Positions 24,642-37,637 of a DNA stretch of 64,000 nucleotides are shown piece by piece. The notes under the pieces were generated by a model that did not search any database, was not told the DNA's origin, and saw nothing but the letters and a program-made list of their open reading frames with translations. Origin of the DNA: Chiloscyllium plagiosum (taxonomy: Eukaryota). Every line of letters starts with the position of its first letter. Position 1 is the stretch's first letter. Position numbers and translations under genes: made by a program. Location of the stretch: positions 88,759,672 to 88,823,671 of the forward strand of contig NC_057720.1 in assembly GCF_004010195.1 (NCBI RefSeq), given 5' to 3'.

Positions 24642-25777
24642 TCCTCATTCCTGAAGAAGGGCTTATGCCCAAAACGTCAATTCTCCTGTTCCCTGGATGC
24701 TGCCTGACCTGCTGCGCTTTTCCAGCAACACATTTTCAGCTCTGCATCTAACACTTTCAAAGGCAGCTCCTTCCATATGCGCACCATCCTCTATGTGTAA
24801 AAGTTGCCCTGCACGTCCTTTTTAAATCTTTCCCCTCTCACCTTATACCTATACCCTCTTGTTTTGAACTCCCCTATCCAAGGGAAAAGACCTTAGGCAG
24901 AGTGAATCTACGAACTTTAGATTTGCCTCAAGAGGGTGAATTGTCTGAGAAAGAGCAAGCAGAAACCAAACAGAAGAAATTGTGAGGGTGGAAGAACATA
25001 CAAGAGAAATGAATGAGCCTCATGTTGAGACAGAAGCAAGTTGGGTGGGAGACATCATAATAGTTCTGAGACATGCCATATTGCTAAACAGCATCTCCCA
25101 ATATTTCTAGTATTACCCTGTGATGAACCCTGATTTATCCCATTCTACAGCTGAGAATATCAGAAGTAGATCATTCAGCCCTTCCAGCTTGTTGTGCCCT
25201 TTAAGTAGATTAAGCTTGATCTGAAATGCAAATTCATTTACCTGCCTTTGCTCCATCTCCCTTGCTAATCTTATTTTTTTTTAAAATCTCTCATTCAAAA
25301 GCTCTAATTGCTCATTGGAGAGAATTCCACACTGTTTCCCTCCTGTATACTAAAAAAGTATACTTCCTGATTTTACATCTGAAAGTCCTTGCTGTACTTT
25401 TTAAGTTTGTTACCAATCTCACTGTAAGTTACATCAGACAACAATAGTGGTTTGCTGGTAAGCCTGACTACTAATTGCATCAACAACATGAAACAATCAA
25501 GATGTTCCTCTACTATTCAAACATTCTGTATCACCTCTTTTTCTGACTCACTCCTTCCCAACATCTCAAAGTTGCATAATTCCTCACCTTATTCAACATT
25601 CACTTAATATTCAAGGTCTTAAAATGCAAATTCAGTCTCATTTTACCAGCATTTGTTAAGAAACTCATTTTCATGTTTAATCTTTTCAATCTTGCACTGT
25701 GAATCATGGCTGTAGAGGTTTGGTAACTTAAAGAGAAAAGTGATTTTAAGTGCAACCTTTTATATATACATATATAC

Positions 25778-26035
25778 GGGGCGGCACGGTGGCTCAGTGG
25801 TTAGTACTGCTGCCTCACAGCAACGGAGTCCCAAGTTCAATTCTAGCCTCGGGTGACTGTCTGTGTGGAGTTTGCACATTCTCCCCGTGTCTGCATGGGT
25901 TTCCTCTGGGCGCTCCAGTTTCCTCGTGCAGGCCAGGTGAATTGGCCATGCTAAATTGTAAATGGTGCATTGGTCAGAGGGAAATGGGACTGGTTGGGCC
26001 GAAGGGCCTGTTTCCACACTGTAGGGAATCTAATC
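25778..26035 (+). mobile_element. HE1-type SINE
   Basis: Head ggggcggcacggtggctcagtggttag; tail ccacactgtagggaatctaatc. Confidence 0.9.
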
Positions 26036-28719
26036 ATATATAACTGGAATTTATTTCAATTAGCAAAATTTTTAGATTAAAACAAATGTATTGAAATTTA
26101 TAATTCATTAAAATAACTGCTATTTTATTCACTTATTTCAACAAGGAATTAATTATTTACAGAATTGTCATTATGTATTGACTTAATCAGGTTTACAGAA
26201 TAAATTAGTTGAGGTAGTCAATTATTAATTTAATTGTTTGAGTCAGTCAGCTCATTACATGTTTGAATAAATCAAATTATCAAGTTATTCAGTGATTGCA
26301 TTACATTTTCCTTTGGGTCTGATCAGTTGCTGGGTTAGGACTGGGAATTTGGTCAATATTTATTATAAGGCTGCTTATCTCCACTAGAAAGAATGCTTGT
26401 AATACTTGACAGAGTTTGTTCTCCAAATAGGGGGATGCAAACCAGTCGGGAAGCTAGAGAAATGGAGCTAGAGATGAGATATGTTCAATCATTATTGGGA
26501 TGTACATACTGTAAATAAAAGTTAGATGAATATTTGGTTGCATGGTTATAGATATTGATTAAATCCTTCACTTAACAGATAGACTATGGAAATAATGAAA
26601 ACATAGAGATGCTAACATGCGAAATTCTCCCCATTAGAACAGTAGGTAGGTGCACCACCTGGGATTGTATTGGCGACAAGTCCCAGACGCAATGCTGAGT
26701 TGGCTAATCAAAGCAAAGGGCAAGAACAGAAACTGTAGGTTACCTCAGTATCTTGGCAACCAAGAGAGAAAACTGCCAGTCTGTGGAGTTGTAACCAATG
26801 CACACGACATTTCTGATATTCTTTTTACACTGATTACTCTGTCTTAATTTATTTAGATACATTTCTGTTTGGAAATTAATTTGAGTGGATTAGCGAAAGT
26901 CCTTACACTCCTCCTAAAATATGTGGGTACTGGCTTCATTTTGGAATGATGCTTGAAAGAATCGCATTGGGAGTAGAATTGAATCGACCCACTTTCCCAA
27001 TAACTGACCCGTAGACTTTGACAGCCTAGACAAAAATTATCCGTAAATGTTTTTCATTAAAATACAGTGCTTCCCCCTTTAAAGTGTTGATATTTGTTAA
27101 TATTTATATTGGTTTGGCTTCTCCTCATGTACAACTCAATCAGTATGTATTAAATGGAACTATTACTCCGTGGGTGTTTGTATTTGAATTTCCGTCACAC
27201 AACTGAATTCAGTTCATTGCTTGTTGGTTTAAAATTAACATTAATGAGCCAAACTCAATCTAATGACTATTTTTCAGTCTCCACATCCATGCTCCCAATT
27301 TTCAAACAAAGGCTATGCTTGTCTGATGCTAAATTGTCCACTGGCGGTTTATAGAATAGGACTGCAAACCTGAAGATAGATTGGGATAATCTCCAGGTGA
27401 CACATGACTAAAAGTCACTTCAAGGTTTAGAATGCTCAAGAACTTCGACTTGTGTGAGTCAGGCCCCAAGGATTAAAACAGCAGAAATGTAGACCTGAAG
27501 TGAATGTGAGATCTCACTTTCTCACTGCAATGAATGTATCACACACTGGGCAATGCTTGTTGAAAATTGAAATAGCAGGAAGAAAAGTGGGAGTCACTAG
27601 CCATTTTACCAAATGTTTTGTAGATTTAAGGACTGTTGCCAAAGAAGAATATTTTTAGTGAGCAGTGAAAACATTATTTCTCAGAAGAGAAAGGATTGAG
27701 AGGTATGGTCAGATTGTAACCACAGAAAATGAATACATGAAAAGGGAGTATCTTTCCTGGAAAAAATCTTCCACTGTAAAAATTAACTGGGAACTTTCTC
27801 TTATTAAGTTAATCTATTCAAACTGATGATTCTCTTATTGGAGTTCTCTCCAATAATATGAATCTTCATTAAAAGCATCTTGTCTGCTTTCCACCTAAAT
27901 TAAGAACTAGACAATTGTATTTTTACAGATATAAATTGCATACATTTGTGAATACAGTGAAGGGAACCTGTGATCAATGGATGCATTCCACAGAAAGAAA
28001 GCAGTCAGGGAGTAATGTGTGAATATTTCCACATTATGCTTTAATCATCCTTCCTTCCATACCTCCAGAGCTCCCCAACAGTGTTCTACCTGAGTATCTT
28101 TCTGGCAGGAACTAAAATCAATTTCATCCTTTCAATGAGATTTGAAAGCCAAGTCCTTGCCTTGCCTGCTGAGGTGGTTCAGGTCTTATATTAACAAAGG
28201 TGGAGTGTGCTGTTAGTTTCTGAGTGCAGGCCAGTAAGTTAGTGTACTGGAAAGTCAGCTTTCCTTTATCACTGAACTTGCAACCAACTCAAGACTTCAG
28301 GAACTTGATTGAGCTACCACAAATACTGAAACTGATCTGTACCAGTTATGTGGGTTTTAATCTTCAGCTGAGTATTTGTATCTGATGAGGCAATACTTTG
28401 TTGGCTCCTGTAGTATATGGGTAAAATAGTATAAAAAGATTCAAGAAACATTTATTACTGATTCTGGTATATTCAAATGTTACAGTCTCAGGCATTTCAG
28501 TGTCTGGGCTCATACAAAACAATTTAGTAATACAGTGGCACATTCTCATCAGAGTGGCATGCTTCAGATGGCCCCAGTAAGAATGAAGTCTGTGGCTTTT
28601 ACACTTGCATATTTTATATAGGGAGGTCAACATGCACTTATGTCTTTTCGGTTTTACCATATAACCAGCTGTGAGATATCACACAAGAGACACAAAAGCA
28701 CCCATTATTTGTGAAATGA

Positions 28720-28926
28720 TCTGCCACAGAAAGAGGCTGAGGCCAAAGTATTGAATGTTTTCAAGAAGGAGTTAGCTGTAGTCTTTAGGGCGAAAGGGAT
28801 CAAAGAGTATGGGGAGAAAGCATACACAGGGTAGTGAGTTAGATGATCAGCCATGATTATGTTAAATGGAAGAGTAGGCTTGAAGGGTTGAATGGCCTAC
28901 TACTGTTCCTATTTTCTATGTTTTAT
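28720..28926 (+). mobile_element. CR1 LINE 3' end
   Basis: ctgccacagaaagaggctgaggcc...gatcagccatgat...aatggcctactactgttcctattttctatg. Confidence 0.8.
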
Positions 28927-30809
28927 GAGACGTAATACTTGAATGGAGTGCTCCCCATTTTCCAGTAACATTTTCCCCACTATCTGTATTACCATTTAAT
29001 TTCCCATTCACCTCAAACTGATAGCAAATATAAAATGCCACATCCCATTCATTGCTGTACTCCAGTAAGTAACATAATATGGCACTTTATAAATTCAACT
29101 GAGCATGTTTCCTGCAAGAGAATCTCATATTGATATGAATACAATAATACACAAATCGAATAAAATGTCTAAATTGCCTCCTTTATGCCTTCCTCAGAAT
29201 GGCATGACACAATGATTTGTTGACAATTCATAATAATCTGAATGTCCATTCAGAACTTCTATGAACCATTATGCTTTCACAACAATCCATTTGCACACAA
29301 CACATTTTCAAACCTGACTCATTTGGTCTCTTAAAGCCATCTGAAATCAATGGGAATATGCTACAGGCAGATTTCACATTGGCCTGTCATCCTAAGTCAC
29401 AGCAAGTTCTTCATTCCACTCCTTGTCAAGGTCTTAGAACATCTTAGCGGAATAAAATTTGTACCACAGATCTTTTGTTTTGTGTTCATAGTCATTGTTC
29501 ATTGTTCATGCATTCTCTAAAAGTCTGAGCAGAAAATCATGGAGTGCAATAATGGAGATGTCATTATCAAGGTGGGAGGCACAGAAATGTCAATGGTACT
29601 TATGTGTGGACTGATGAATGGGTGGTAGACAACTCAATCATTGCCTAGCAGTGAAAGCTGTATAATTGAAGTGACATTTTACTATGCAAATGAAAGCTCA
29701 ATTAGTTCTGATTGTAATTTGTAAACAATTGAGCAAATAGGCCTTTGGACTATCTCACAACTGATCCGACATATGAACACCAATGTGCTTCTTCAAATAT
29801 GAGGTAATTCAATGGATGTTAATGGAGATGATTTAACACTAGCTCAGTGAAAATACAATACTCTCAGCACACTGTTCACTTCAACACCACAGTACATTCC
29901 AAGAAAATAAATCCAATCACAGAATTATGATGTATGCATGGAGTACACTAGGAACAGCTCAGACAATTACAGATCACTAAATCAAATCATAATAATACAT
30001 TTTGAAACAAAAATAATTTACACTATCTTTCGTTGGGAACGATTTAAATATCTAAAGTTCGAAATGCACAAAATGGGTGTTTTGTATTTGAGAACCAGGA
30101 AGACTTGTAGATCAGAGTGAGGTAATAAAGCGCAGAAAACTATCATGAACTAGCTGCATTTTCCTTAGGGAGAACTTTACCATCATCCTGGCTAATTATT
30201 GAGTTTGAGCTTTCCTAAGTTATTTGAAGATGCATTCTGTTTGCACAAACTGTCAATCTTATGTTGAGAGAAGAATGTAGGAGGCACAAACTATAAGGGA
30301 TGTATTCTTACATCTTTAAAAGGACTGTGTCTTTCACTAATGTGCAGACAATATCCACAATGTATCTTATGAAAGGAATTTTGTTGTAAGTGTAGTCTAA
30401 GGAAAATTCTTCCTGTATTCTGCACTCAGAATACAACCTGATACGTTTCATACAGTATTAACAATACATGATGAGGATAATGGAAATGCAGAACACTGTA
30501 TGTGATGCCAGAAGAGATAACCATATTGTTGTGTAAACCACATGTATCTCATGAAGAAGAGTTAAATGCAACAATGTTCTTTTTTTTCTCAGCACTGTTT
30601 AACACACTGTGTTAAGTAAATGGATAACTTACAAGTTTTTTGTACAGAATACACCTTTTCCTTAACAGTTTCAGTGAACCTTACAAAACCTCAAGCCTTG
30701 TCGAAAGATCTTCGAACAACATGAAGTAGGATCCAACACGGCACTCATTCACGTTAACCAAGTCGGAAAGGAGAAAGAGTAAGGAGATGTATGATCACTG
30801 GATCACAGA

Positions 30810-31560
30810 GTAATATAATCAGAGGAAGAGGTCGTTCAGATCATTGTGTCTGTGCTGGGTTGGTGGAGCTGCCCAAATAATCCTGCTCCTTTGCTCTTTT
30901 CTCAAAGCTCTGCAGTGCTGTTCCTTTCAAGTATTCATCAATTTCAGGTATGCATTCCGGGTCACAAAAAACTGTCTAAAAAGAAAGTGCCCTCATGTCA
31001 CCTTTGATTCCTTTGCCAATTATGCACGTGCATTTATATATTGATATAAACTGATCCTCCACTCGACCACCAACTATAACAGCTTCTATTTATTTATTCT
31101 CTCAAAATTATTCAGTACTTTGAACAAATCTCTTTTCCATCTTGTCCATTGTAAGGAGAACAGTAGCAATTTCACCAGTCTTCACACTTCTCAAGTGCCC
31201 ATCCATGATATCATACTAGCATATCTCTTCTTCCCCTTCTTCAAAACCTCTGCATCCATTCTAAAGTATAATGTTCCTAACTAAAGACATTGCTTCAATG
31301 GAAGGCTAACTGGTAGTTTTTTAAATAAAATTAACAAACCTTCCGTGTGTCTGTATGCTATTCTTCTCTTATTTTCCACCTCTATTGCTTTTATGATCTT
31401 TACTTCACTTATAAATTTTGAGGCTATGTCCTATATTCTCAAATCCACTGGTCATTAATACATGCCAAAACATCGGTGATCCTAATGCTGACCCCTGGGG
31501 TCAATATACATTCCTTCAGTCTGAAACATGATCAAAAGGGATTTCTTTTTCCTTAAGTCA
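30810..31560 (-). mobile_element. very old CR1-type LINE fragment
   Basis: Patchy similarity to minus-strand CR1 copies (ggagaacagtagcaatttcaccagtct, atgctgacccctgggg); boundaries uncertain. Confidence 0.45.
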
Positions 31561-31778
31561 TATGGTTTGAGCTATTTTGGAGATAATTAGAGGTTATGTA
31601 CTGTGCAAACATTACTTTTTTTTTCTTTTCTTGCCAAACTTATCTATCAAATTTAGATTTAGATTTAGACTTTATTGTGGATTTTAAAGTGGAACCTTTC
31701 TGCGCTGTTACCTTTAAGAGGTGCTTTTCATCCAAATGATATGGAGTGATACTGCACTGAAATATTCCTGATTTACTT

Positions 31779-32122
31779 AGACCATAAGACCAGAAGACAT
31801 AGGAGCGGAAGTAAGGCCATTCGGCCCATCGAGTCCACTCTGCCATTCAATCATGGCTGATGGGCATTTCAACTCCACTTACCCGCATTCTCCCCGTAGC
31901 CCTTAATTCCTTGTGACATCAAGAATTTATCAATCTCTGCCTTGAAGACATTTTGCGTCACAGCCTCCACTGCACTCTGCGGCAATGAATTTCTCAGGCC
32001 CACCACTCTCTGGCTGAAGAAGTGTCTCCACGTTTCTGTTCTGAATTTACCCCCTCTAATTCTAAGGCTGTGTCCACGGGTCCTAGTCTCCTCACCTAAC
32101 GGAAACAATTTCCTAGCGTCCG
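31779..32122 (-). mobile_element. young CR1 LINE 3' fragment, same subfamily as 8505-8816
   Basis: Encodes KLFPLGEETRTRGHSLRIRGGKFRTE...; (ccataaga)n tail. Confidence 0.9.
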
Positions 32123-32199
32123 ACCTTCTATGCCTTAAGTTGCACAATATCTCCCAGACTTGCGGAAATGTTCTGAAAGAAGTTAATGCTGCCTTTACC

Positions 32200-32355
32200 C
32201 TCCTGTGTCTTACGATCTTATTCTCTACAACCAACTGATGAAAGAGCAGTGCTCCAAAAGCTAGTGCTTCCAAATAAACCTGTTGGACTATAACCTGGTG
32301 TTGTGTGATTTGTAACTTCATCCATTCCAGTCCAACACGGACACCTCCAAATCAT
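32200..32355 (+). mobile_element. PLE terminal repeat with tail (family B), degenerate hammerhead
   Basis: CTGATGA (32235-32241), aagagcagtgctccaaaagctagtg, then aataaacctgttggactataacctgg and the tail ccagtccaacacggacacctccaaatcat. Confidence 0.85.
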
Positions 32356-33152
32356 TCATCCTCCTCCATTTACTATTAGCACAGACTATCTTCTCTGGTG
32401 GTTCTTGCCTCTCCTATCAAAGATTTGCTTGCCCTTCTCAATAAACAGGCATAGCACGTGCAAAAGCCTTCACTGACTTTTGCTCACTTCCATCATTTTC
32501 CTTAAAAATTAAACACTCCACAGGCACTGGGAGATAGTGACGGGTACTGATGATGAGATTGCAATTCGCTGTCATTACTCCACCTGAAACTGGCAGCAGC
32601 TTTAGGAGTTTCCACATGCACAGAAAAATACCGAAATCTCGGAGATCCTGCCTTTGATGCTATACTCAAGAGAGTGTGCTGTTTCAGCCCCCTTCAGTGT
32701 TCAGTCTGGAAGCGATCACGGTATTGATGAGCACCTCCACTTTTATGTTGTCAGTCGCACGACAATATCCTTGAAAAGGTTGCACCTCATTGACTGAGAC
32801 GACCCAGTTTTTTTTTAATGAAGTGCTAAGGTGATTGGGCCTGATTGTAATCTTGTGTTTGTAACATGTCAAAATTCTTAAATAAGATTTCTAAAAAAAA
32901 AATCACATTTTTAAATTAATGATTATTTGTAAAATGTGCTTACTTTTATTTGTGCTGACTTATATCCAAACCCAGCCATTTATTTTTTCTGCCTCTGAGA
33001 AGTTAATTCGAAGGGGAGGTGATTCTGAGCATTTCAGTCTCTGTGAGAAAGCTTGGAACTGATTGATTCTTGCCACTGCTTGTTCATATCACTGCTGCTG
33101 GTCATTAAGAGATCTCTCCTGACCTGGCTGTCGAATCAGTTTGTTGATAGTA

Positions 33153-33412
33153 AAGTGTGGAAGCAGGCCATTTGGCCCATTAAGTCCAGACCAACCCACC
33201 AATGAGCAACCCACCCCTACATCCCAGCGTTTCCCAAGGCCAACTCACCTAACCTGCACATTTTTGGACTCTGGGAGGAAACTGGAGCACCCAGACAAAA
33301 CATAGATGGGCACAGGGAGAAAGGGTAAACTCCACACAGACAGTGACCCCAGACTGGAATCGAACCCAGGTCCCTGGTGCCATGAGACAGCAATAGTAGC
33401 CATTGTGCCCCC
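33153..33412 (-). mobile_element. HE1-type SINE (diverged)
   Basis: aactccacacagacagtgacc...ggaatcgaacccaggtccctgg, the reverse complement of the head. Confidence 0.85.
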
Positions 33413-33704
33413 CAGTCATATCATGGAGGTCATTGGATCCCCTTGGGCAACTTTGAATTCAGGGACCAGCCGCATTGCTTTGCTGCTGACTGTGAACCCC
33501 AACCTGGTGCATTGTTGTTACCAGTTACACAGAGTGGTCACTTGGAGAAATATTGAATGGATGCTTTTACAGGTGCATTCTGATTGGCTGCCACTCCTTG
33601 GACTTTACTAGTAGCCCAGTCAAAGTTTAATTCAAAATGGGAAATGCAGCTCAGATTCATGATTGGAATTCCCACTTTACATAAGCTACAGACCCTCACT
33701 CAGT

Positions 33705-33780
33705 TCAGAATGTTAACCCTGATTTCTTTCTGTTGATGCTGCCAGACCTGCTGAGTTTTGCCAGCAATTTCCGTTTTTCC
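33705..33780 (+). mobile_element. PLE terminal-repeat remnant (family C)
   Basis: gatgctgccagacctgctgagttttgccagcaattt. Confidence 0.6.
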
Positions 33781-34211
33781 AAGCAATTTCCAAGGGATTG
33801 CTGATGGTAAACCGAGAGTTGAGTGATTGCTGAATTGGGTATTAGTGAGAAGTGTAAACAGTTGAAAACAGTTGATTGTGCTGGGAGCAACCCATGCACA
33901 ACAGGACCTTTGTGTGTGCGGGAAGTTAATGAACGTGTCATGGTGAGAAACGCATCAAAGTCTCCTCTCTCCCTGGTAACAAATGATATATTCCCTACAT
34001 AATTACTCAACACAGAATGAAGATAGTAGTCTAAAGCAATTATTATACACCAATTCAAGTGAGGGGATTCCTATGATATATGTATGCAAATAAATAAATA
34101 TGTATAATATATATATGTGTGTGTGTGTGCGTGTAGAGAGAGGGTGAGGATGTGGGTATCTCTTGATACATTAATCCCATCACAGGATTCTGGAAGTACA
34201 TATATAAAGAG

Positions 34212-34350
34212 CCATTCTAATGAAGAGTCACCAGGCTCAAGATTTTGGATCTACTTTCTATCCACGGGTGCAGCCAGACCTGCTGAGCTTCTCCAGCAAT
34301 GTCTGTCTTTTTGCTGAAGACCTCCAGTACCCACAGTTCTTTGTTTTATT
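34212..34350 (+). mobile_element. PLE terminal-repeat remnant (family C) with decayed hammerhead
   Basis: ctaatgaagagtcaccaggctc...gccagacctgctgagcttctccagc, then the tail ctccagtacccacagttctttg. Confidence 0.6.
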
Positions 34351-34869
34351 ACAGAAAGAGAACGCCTGTTTCTGTTCCAATACCAGTAGCTGTGGGACCT
34401 CTCCGGTGCAAAAGAAACACAATGATCTGGTGTGAAATTGCAAAAAGCAGAAGCGTTCAATTTTTTTTTGGACAAGATTTGGATGCACGAGTGTCACATG
34501 ACTTTGTACTCAAAATCCCATTTGAGTTGGGAAGAAGCACAAGTAAACATGTTATTCTGCAACTGATGGAGTGTTTGAGTGAGATTAGGTCCAATTTCAT
34601 TTTGTATATTTATTTTTCCCCATATCTACTTCCCTCTGCTTTTATTTCTATTTCAATATCAGTTTCTGTATAATTTGAGTCCTGGTGTGAAGGAACGTCC
34701 CAGACTCTCATTACAAACCTTTTTGTGAAGGCCACATTGTAGAAACACAATGCTGTGGGTCTGTTTGGGCTTATAATCCTGAACTAAAGCCCACACTTGC
34801 TCTAAAGTTGCCGTGGTCCTAATAGCATTACTCCAGTAGAATCAGCAGAGAAGCTCAGAGAACTGTTGC

Positions 34870-35002
34870 AGCTAAAGGGATCAAGAGGTATGGGGAGAGG
34901 GTGGGAATGGGATACTGAGATTGCATGATCAACCATAATCATAATGAATGGAGGTACAGGCCTGAAGGGCTAAATGGCCTACTCCTGCACCTATTTTCTC
35001 TG
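34870..35002 (+). mobile_element. CR1 LINE 3' end
   Basis: gctaaagggatcaagaggtatggggag...aatggcctactcctgcacctatttt, similar to the copy at 28790-28920. Confidence 0.8.
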
Positions 35003-37039
35003 TAGGTGAATTATCAAAAGCATTGATCTATTTAAATTTATCTTCCAACAGAAGTAACTGCTCCAGTGAAGGAACTGTTCCTGTTACAGTAGGAGTGGGC
35101 AGCTGGAGAGGTGGTGGCATTGTGGTAATGTCCAAGTACCACTCCCCATGTGTCCTCAGGTCTAAAGGTATAGTGACAGAGGGAACAGGAAGCATTGCAG
35201 GTGACCGTCCCTCACAAGGAGAAAGGTGCCTGGAGAAGAGGACCCATACGCAATCCTTTCAGAACTCCCTTCTCAGGCCACTCAGAGGTGGCTGGCTCCT
35301 CCATTTCCACATTGCCTGTTTCCCTCTGACACTTGGAAGCTTCAGGTGACAGTGATTCACTTGCCTCTGGCAAGAGGACACTCAGGACCAGGGTCACCCC
35401 ACCACAGCTCCAAGACCATCGGCCTCTTCTGTCAAGCCTACTCCATCCATCCCTGCTGTGAGATCAGAGACTGCATTGGGAGGTAGTGGGAGGGGGAGAG
35501 TTCAGTAAAAATCAATTGAGTGCATGTAGGTGCTCTGTGTGACATTTCACTGTACATGAATTCTCCCACTTATATAAATGCTGTGGTTTTGCCTTCAGTC
35601 TATTTGTTTTTTGATGTTATGTAGAGTCCTGAATGTAACCATGCCAACATGATGCCTAATTGCATGCCCACACCGGATGTATTGTGGGGCAGGTGTCTCT
35701 GTTAAGAGTCTGCTGCAGTATCTGGAAGTAACAAGGATCTGGAACAAGGCACATACAGGGCTTCAGTCCCTCAGAACAGCTTCCCTTCCCTCCAACCCAC
35801 AGCAGCAGTTTCGCCTCATTCCAGTACCTCTTGTTCCACTTTCCCCTTAGTTTCTTTGGGCTGCCCCGACAGACGGGACTAGGGTGTGCCCCCTGGAGCA
35901 GACCCAGCTGGAAAGGCTTGGATGAGGAGTGCCCCGATCTTCAGGTGGCCACGCATCTCCTCAAGTGCCTTGGCTGAAATTTCACAGACTGGTAGCTATG
36001 AAGCTACAGGACTGATGATAACCCACAACCAAGACTGAAAAGGCACAGAACCAGCATCCCACTACCCGATCAAGAACATCGTGATTGGACACCTGATCGT
36101 AGTCAATCCCCTGACTGGATTTGGAGGCTGTCATTGACTGACTGGACCGGGACCCCATGCCTGACAATGGTCTCCACAGATTTCATTGAGGATCACTCCC
36201 CTTAAGGTTTTAAGACACGGCTGCCTGCTAACTGCATGTGCTGTGTGTGTTCATCATATAAGCTGCTGGCACACAGACCAGGAATGAGACTGACAAATGG
36301 CACATTGCCCTATAGCAGGATGTGCGCCCCACTGACTGAGGACTGGCAAACTGCCTGGTTGTGAGACTGCGCTAACTGGCATGGTATGGATGTTGCAAGC
36401 ATTCAGGTAGTGCGAGTGTGAGCTAAGAGAGCAAGTGAGCAGCCCAGAGATACAGCCTGGTCCGATCTGTGAGCAGGGAGCATGAAAATTGTAATTGCAA
36501 CAGCCTTTCAATGCAGGCTGTATCCTGCAATACAGTTCCATGTTTCCCAAGTGGCCTGCAAGTGGAGCAAAGGGTGTCATGATGTGGGTTCAGCAAATGT
36601 CAGATACTGTGGAAAGTGGTGGTTGGTGCCCGTGGATGGTGCCCTGAGACTTTGTTTGGTCCTGAGCAACATGGAGTCTTTTCATAGCCAGGTACCTGCT
36701 CAAGAATTCTCAACATCTGGCTTGTTTGATTTGTTTGTTAAGATAGGAAGGTGAATATTAATGAGGCAAGTTGCGGCGTTATTAAGTGTTTAACAATTTA
36801 TAATTTCCCCTTCATTAGCAATTCACCATTGTCCAGTGAGAAACTCACTTCACTGCTCAGCAAGCACATAAAAGGTGCAGCAAGAGGCTCCTGACTTTGA
36901 GGTGAGCTTGGCTAGACCTCTCCACCAATTTTGTTGTAAAAATCTTGCTATGGACCATGTCTCTCAAAACCTAACAAGATTCCACCAGTGTTATAAAGTG
37001 AATTGGAAAAATCACCAATCAGAATGTCTTCCTCAGATT

Positions 37040-37560
37040 TAAGATCATAAGACCATAAGGCACAGGAGCAGAAATTAGGCCATTCAGCCCATCATGTCTG
37101 CTCCATCATTCAATCACGGCTGATAGGTTTCTCAACCCCATTCTCCCACTTTCTCCCCATAACTTTTGATCCCCTTTGAGACTCAAGAGCCTCTCTATTT
37201 CCGTCTTAAATATATTCAATGACCTGACCTCCACAGCCTTCTGTGGTAATGAATTCCATAGATTCACCACTCTCTGGCTGAAGAAGATTTTCCCTATCTC
37301 CATTCTAAAAGGTCTTCCCTTTTCTCTAACTGTGCCCTCAGGTCCTAGTGTCTCCTACCAATGGAAACATCTTCCCAACATCTACTCTGTCCAGACCATT
37401 CAGTATTCTGCAAGTTTCAATTAGATCCTCCCTCATCCTTCTAAACTCTACTGAGTATAGAACATAGAACATCAAACGTTTCTCACATTTAAGCTTTTCA
37501 TTCCTGGGACCATTCTCATGAGCGTCCTCTGAACACGCTCCAGGGCCAGTACATCCTTCC
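37040..37560 (-). mobile_element. CR1 LINE 3' fragment
   Basis: Encodes FFSQRVVNLWNSLPQKAVE; cataagaccataag tail. Confidence 0.9.
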
Positions 37561-37562
37561 TG

Positions 37563-37637
37563 ATGTGAATTTCACCTCCCTGGTAATTGATGTAAATTTC
37601 ACCTCCCTGGTTGTTAATGTGAATTTTACCTCCCTGT
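37563..37637. repeat. 27-bp tandem repeat, about 2.8 copies
   Basis: atgtRaatttYacctccctg occurs three times, at the 5' truncation point of the LINE. Confidence 0.9.

Larger units (their letters stand above)
23267..24741 (+). mobile_element. young PLE insertion: RT fragment, gap, fold-back 3' region and hammerhead terminal repeat
   Basis: RT motifs TYVRDTTHALHLL, IFTMDIQSLYTSIPH, KGVAMGTRMGPSYACLF. Terminal repeat with CTGAAGA at 24651-24657. 14-bp flanking repeat ctgcatctaacact at 23253-23266 and 24742-24755. Confidence 0.85.
22852..24893 (-). mobile_element. HER1/CR1 3' fragment split by two PLE insertions (pieces about 22852-23011 and 24742-24893)
   Basis: Joining ttttaaatgctataactgt to ctgcatctaacact...aagttgccc restores the sequence seen in other HER1 copies. 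Confidence 0.8.

Noticed and set aside
32520-32800. CpG-containing exon-like segment
   Set aside because: Poor donor; it looks more like a decayed interspersed repeat.
37563-37637. CRISPR-like repeat
   Set aside because: It is a plain tandem repeat without spacers, in vertebrate DNA with no cas genes.
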